Source of the DNA: Mesotaenium endlicherianum
Taxonomy: Eukaryota
DNA: 64,000 nt
Direction of reading: 5' to 3'
NCBI GenBank assembly: GCA_009602735.1
Contig: WELA01001079.1
Coordinates: 62,001-126,000, forward strand
Made by a program: the position numbers and the translations under genes. Shown piece by piece: positions 61,701-64,000 of the stretch (positions are counted from its first letter, which is position 1; every line of letters starts with the position of its first letter). Below the pieces are notes generated by a model. The model had not been told where the DNA came from. It worked only from the letters and a program-made list of their open reading frames with translations, and searched no databases.

Positions 61701-62909
61701 GAGTTTCTCAGAGTAGGTAATAAAGCAAGACCATACTTGCTACAAAATTAGAGGAGACAGCAATTCGGAATGAGTCAAATAAAGAGCATCATATAACAAG
61801 ACAATGTGGAGGCGTTAGAGATGGCCCGTAAATAAACCGTTACAACTCAAAAGCGATCCTGTACCATGTACGAATAGCTTATGACTTGGACTTGTGGATG
61901 ATAAAAACTTTGAAGTAAATTGGTGCATAAGTGTGTAGTATCTATACTTGCTTGTGTACTATATTGCTATAGTCTATCGTGTATGTTGCTGTTACAATTA
62001 CTTGGTTTAATAAGAAACTACTTTGCCGTGTACTGAAAACTCAGAGGCCATTGTGAACATTTATGGTGTGCTACATGCTGCATTGAAAGTCAAACAAGTA
62101 ACCTGTTTATATGAATTGAAAGTACTGCGTCATTGATTACATTGTAGTAAAAGATCAATAATATTAATTTGCCTAAATAAGAACAAATACAGAATATGAG
62201 TACAGGGCAAAAGCACATCATTTCACTACTGAGCTACTCTTCTTTTAAATTCAATCATGATGTTAGTTGAAGTTTGGGCAGACGGGGGAGAGGTCACATT
62301 TGTAAATTGTACATTACAGGAAGCCGTGTGTGAATAATGATGCAAGTCAATAAATAGCACAGCAAAATCAGCATTTGGTTGCGCAGGCTAATTCAATTAA
62401 GCTTGATTGTATAGTTTTTTTATTACAGTGTTATATATATATACATATATATTGCAGAGTAAGGCAACCAACAATATCATGATGCAACTGAATGGTGTAG
62501 GACTTGGGTCCAAGTGGGCGAACAAGTTCAGGACTTGCTCTTGGATTTAAAAATGATTAAAAACAGCACTGATAAATGCATTTGCGGTGTCACGCGCGGT
62601 ATTGGGCGTCGACGTCAGCACATGCATGCCTTTCGTGACGTTAGAGTATGTGAATCCAACGATCATAAAAATAATGACAGTACTTGGTCGTGAGGGGCAA
62701 AGGCATAGGGTGATAGAGTGATCCTGGGTGATACAACCATTCCAAATTCGGGCGTTCATTGTGGCCATTTTTTGACTGTGCAACGATTACTAGCTATTCA
62801 ATTTTTAGAAACATGTAGGTGTAATGAATACGATTTAAATTCGCCCGACTTGCAATTCCTGCAAAAATTGTCAAAGAACCAAAAATGTTTTAGCCAGTTA
62901 ACACCCCAT

Positions 62910-64000
62910 GGGCACAAGAATATCATCATATAGGACTTTTCGCTTTCACTTTCAGGCTTCAGCGCTCCTTGTACATAGCACAGTAACATGCACTCTTTGT
63001 TCTCAAAGAGATTCCCCTTATTTGAGAAGATCCACATGCACCTGGAGTTGGAGCGCCCTCCTGCAACGTGCGTGCATACACAATGGATTAGGTGAGCTTC
63101 ACTATTAAACTTAAATTTTGAACAGGTTTAATTCAAAAGGAGTCTTTAAAGTGTTTTTCTCACAATCTCTATAACCCTGCCAGAAAATCAGACCAAGTGG
63201 GAGCGCCAAATTCCACAATTGGATGAGAGTGGCTAGAGGTGCGTTCTCTCATATTATTTCTCTCTGTTGTCTCTAATTGCTTATGTGCGGTATACTTAGC
63301 GCAATAACATAGCATACCAGATAAACGGAGAATATTCCAAATTGAGTGCACATTGTTTGGCAGTGAGGGTGACTTCACAGATCGTCACAGAGAACACCAA
63401 CTTTCAGAAGTTTACATCCAAGATGAAGAGAGAGAAAAGAAGAAGGACACGCACATCTTCCAGCTGGACGCGGAGATAATGCAGAATATTATGCTTGAAG
63501 GTGCACGGGAGCTAGATTGCAGAAACCACGAAGAGATATACAAGAAAAGGAGCGTAAGGGATGTAATGAGATTTGCAAGGGGCGGCACACTTTGCTCCTT
63601 GACAACAGCAAAAAGGTTGCCTGCTACTGCGTGAATAGCAAGTGGGAGAAAGCTGTCCAAGGACTGGGCAAGCTCAAGAATGTGACAGATGTTTGGATAT
63701 ACCTCAGGTGCGGCACAAATAATGCCAACTTCCTGGAAAGGCTGGGGAATCGGTACTCTTTTTTCACGTCCTTCACTTTCATAGTGGAGGATTATGCAGT
63801 AATCATGCAGCACTTGGCGGAGTTTGTGAGGAGGAGGAAGAACGTGCGCTACCTCAATATCGTTTACGACGAAGCATGCATTTCTGATACCGAGGGTTGC
63901 GCAAAGTATGCTGGCTCCATGAGGGAGCTGTCATACTTTAAGAGCATGGAGTTCGGATCCGCAGACACATTAGAAGAGCTGGAAGTGGACCTTTCTGGTC
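62910..64000 (+). pseudogene. Tandem duplicate of the F-box-like gene including its upstream region, copy 2; runs off the window
   Basis: Aligns by eye with ~59460-60570 and has its own frameshifts. Confidence 0.7.

Overview
Eukaryotic, transposon-dense window, probably green-plant lineage (inferred from iMet-type PBSs, chromoviruses, a plant-type hAT and F-box-like genes). It is almost entirely nested, decayed mobile DNA, and no intact host gene is recognisable. Four Ty3/Gypsy families are present (my labels A-D). A is a chromovirus with ~485-500 bp LTRs. B has a 745 bp LTR, including a solo LTR with a perfect AGCAG target-site duplication (TSD). C is a chromovirus (7256-17456) with an uninterrupted 555-aa extra ORF after pol. 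D is the most interesting: a GC-rich element (~28530-46027, partial copies at 18820-20260, 47739-48167 and 48168-53990) ordered gag - protease - C5 cytosine DNA methyltransferase - RT - RNase H - integrase - PHD finger. D appears to lack a matching LTR pair and a PBS: it starts TGTCATG, ends CACGAC(A/G), and has different left and right terminal segments. A 7.7 kb hAT transposon interrupts D. A TTAA-flanked piggyBac lies at 55607-58835, and two tandem F-box-like pseudogenes close the window. Three assembly gaps are present, two with duplicated flanks. All domain calls are by-eye motif recognition; no searches were run.
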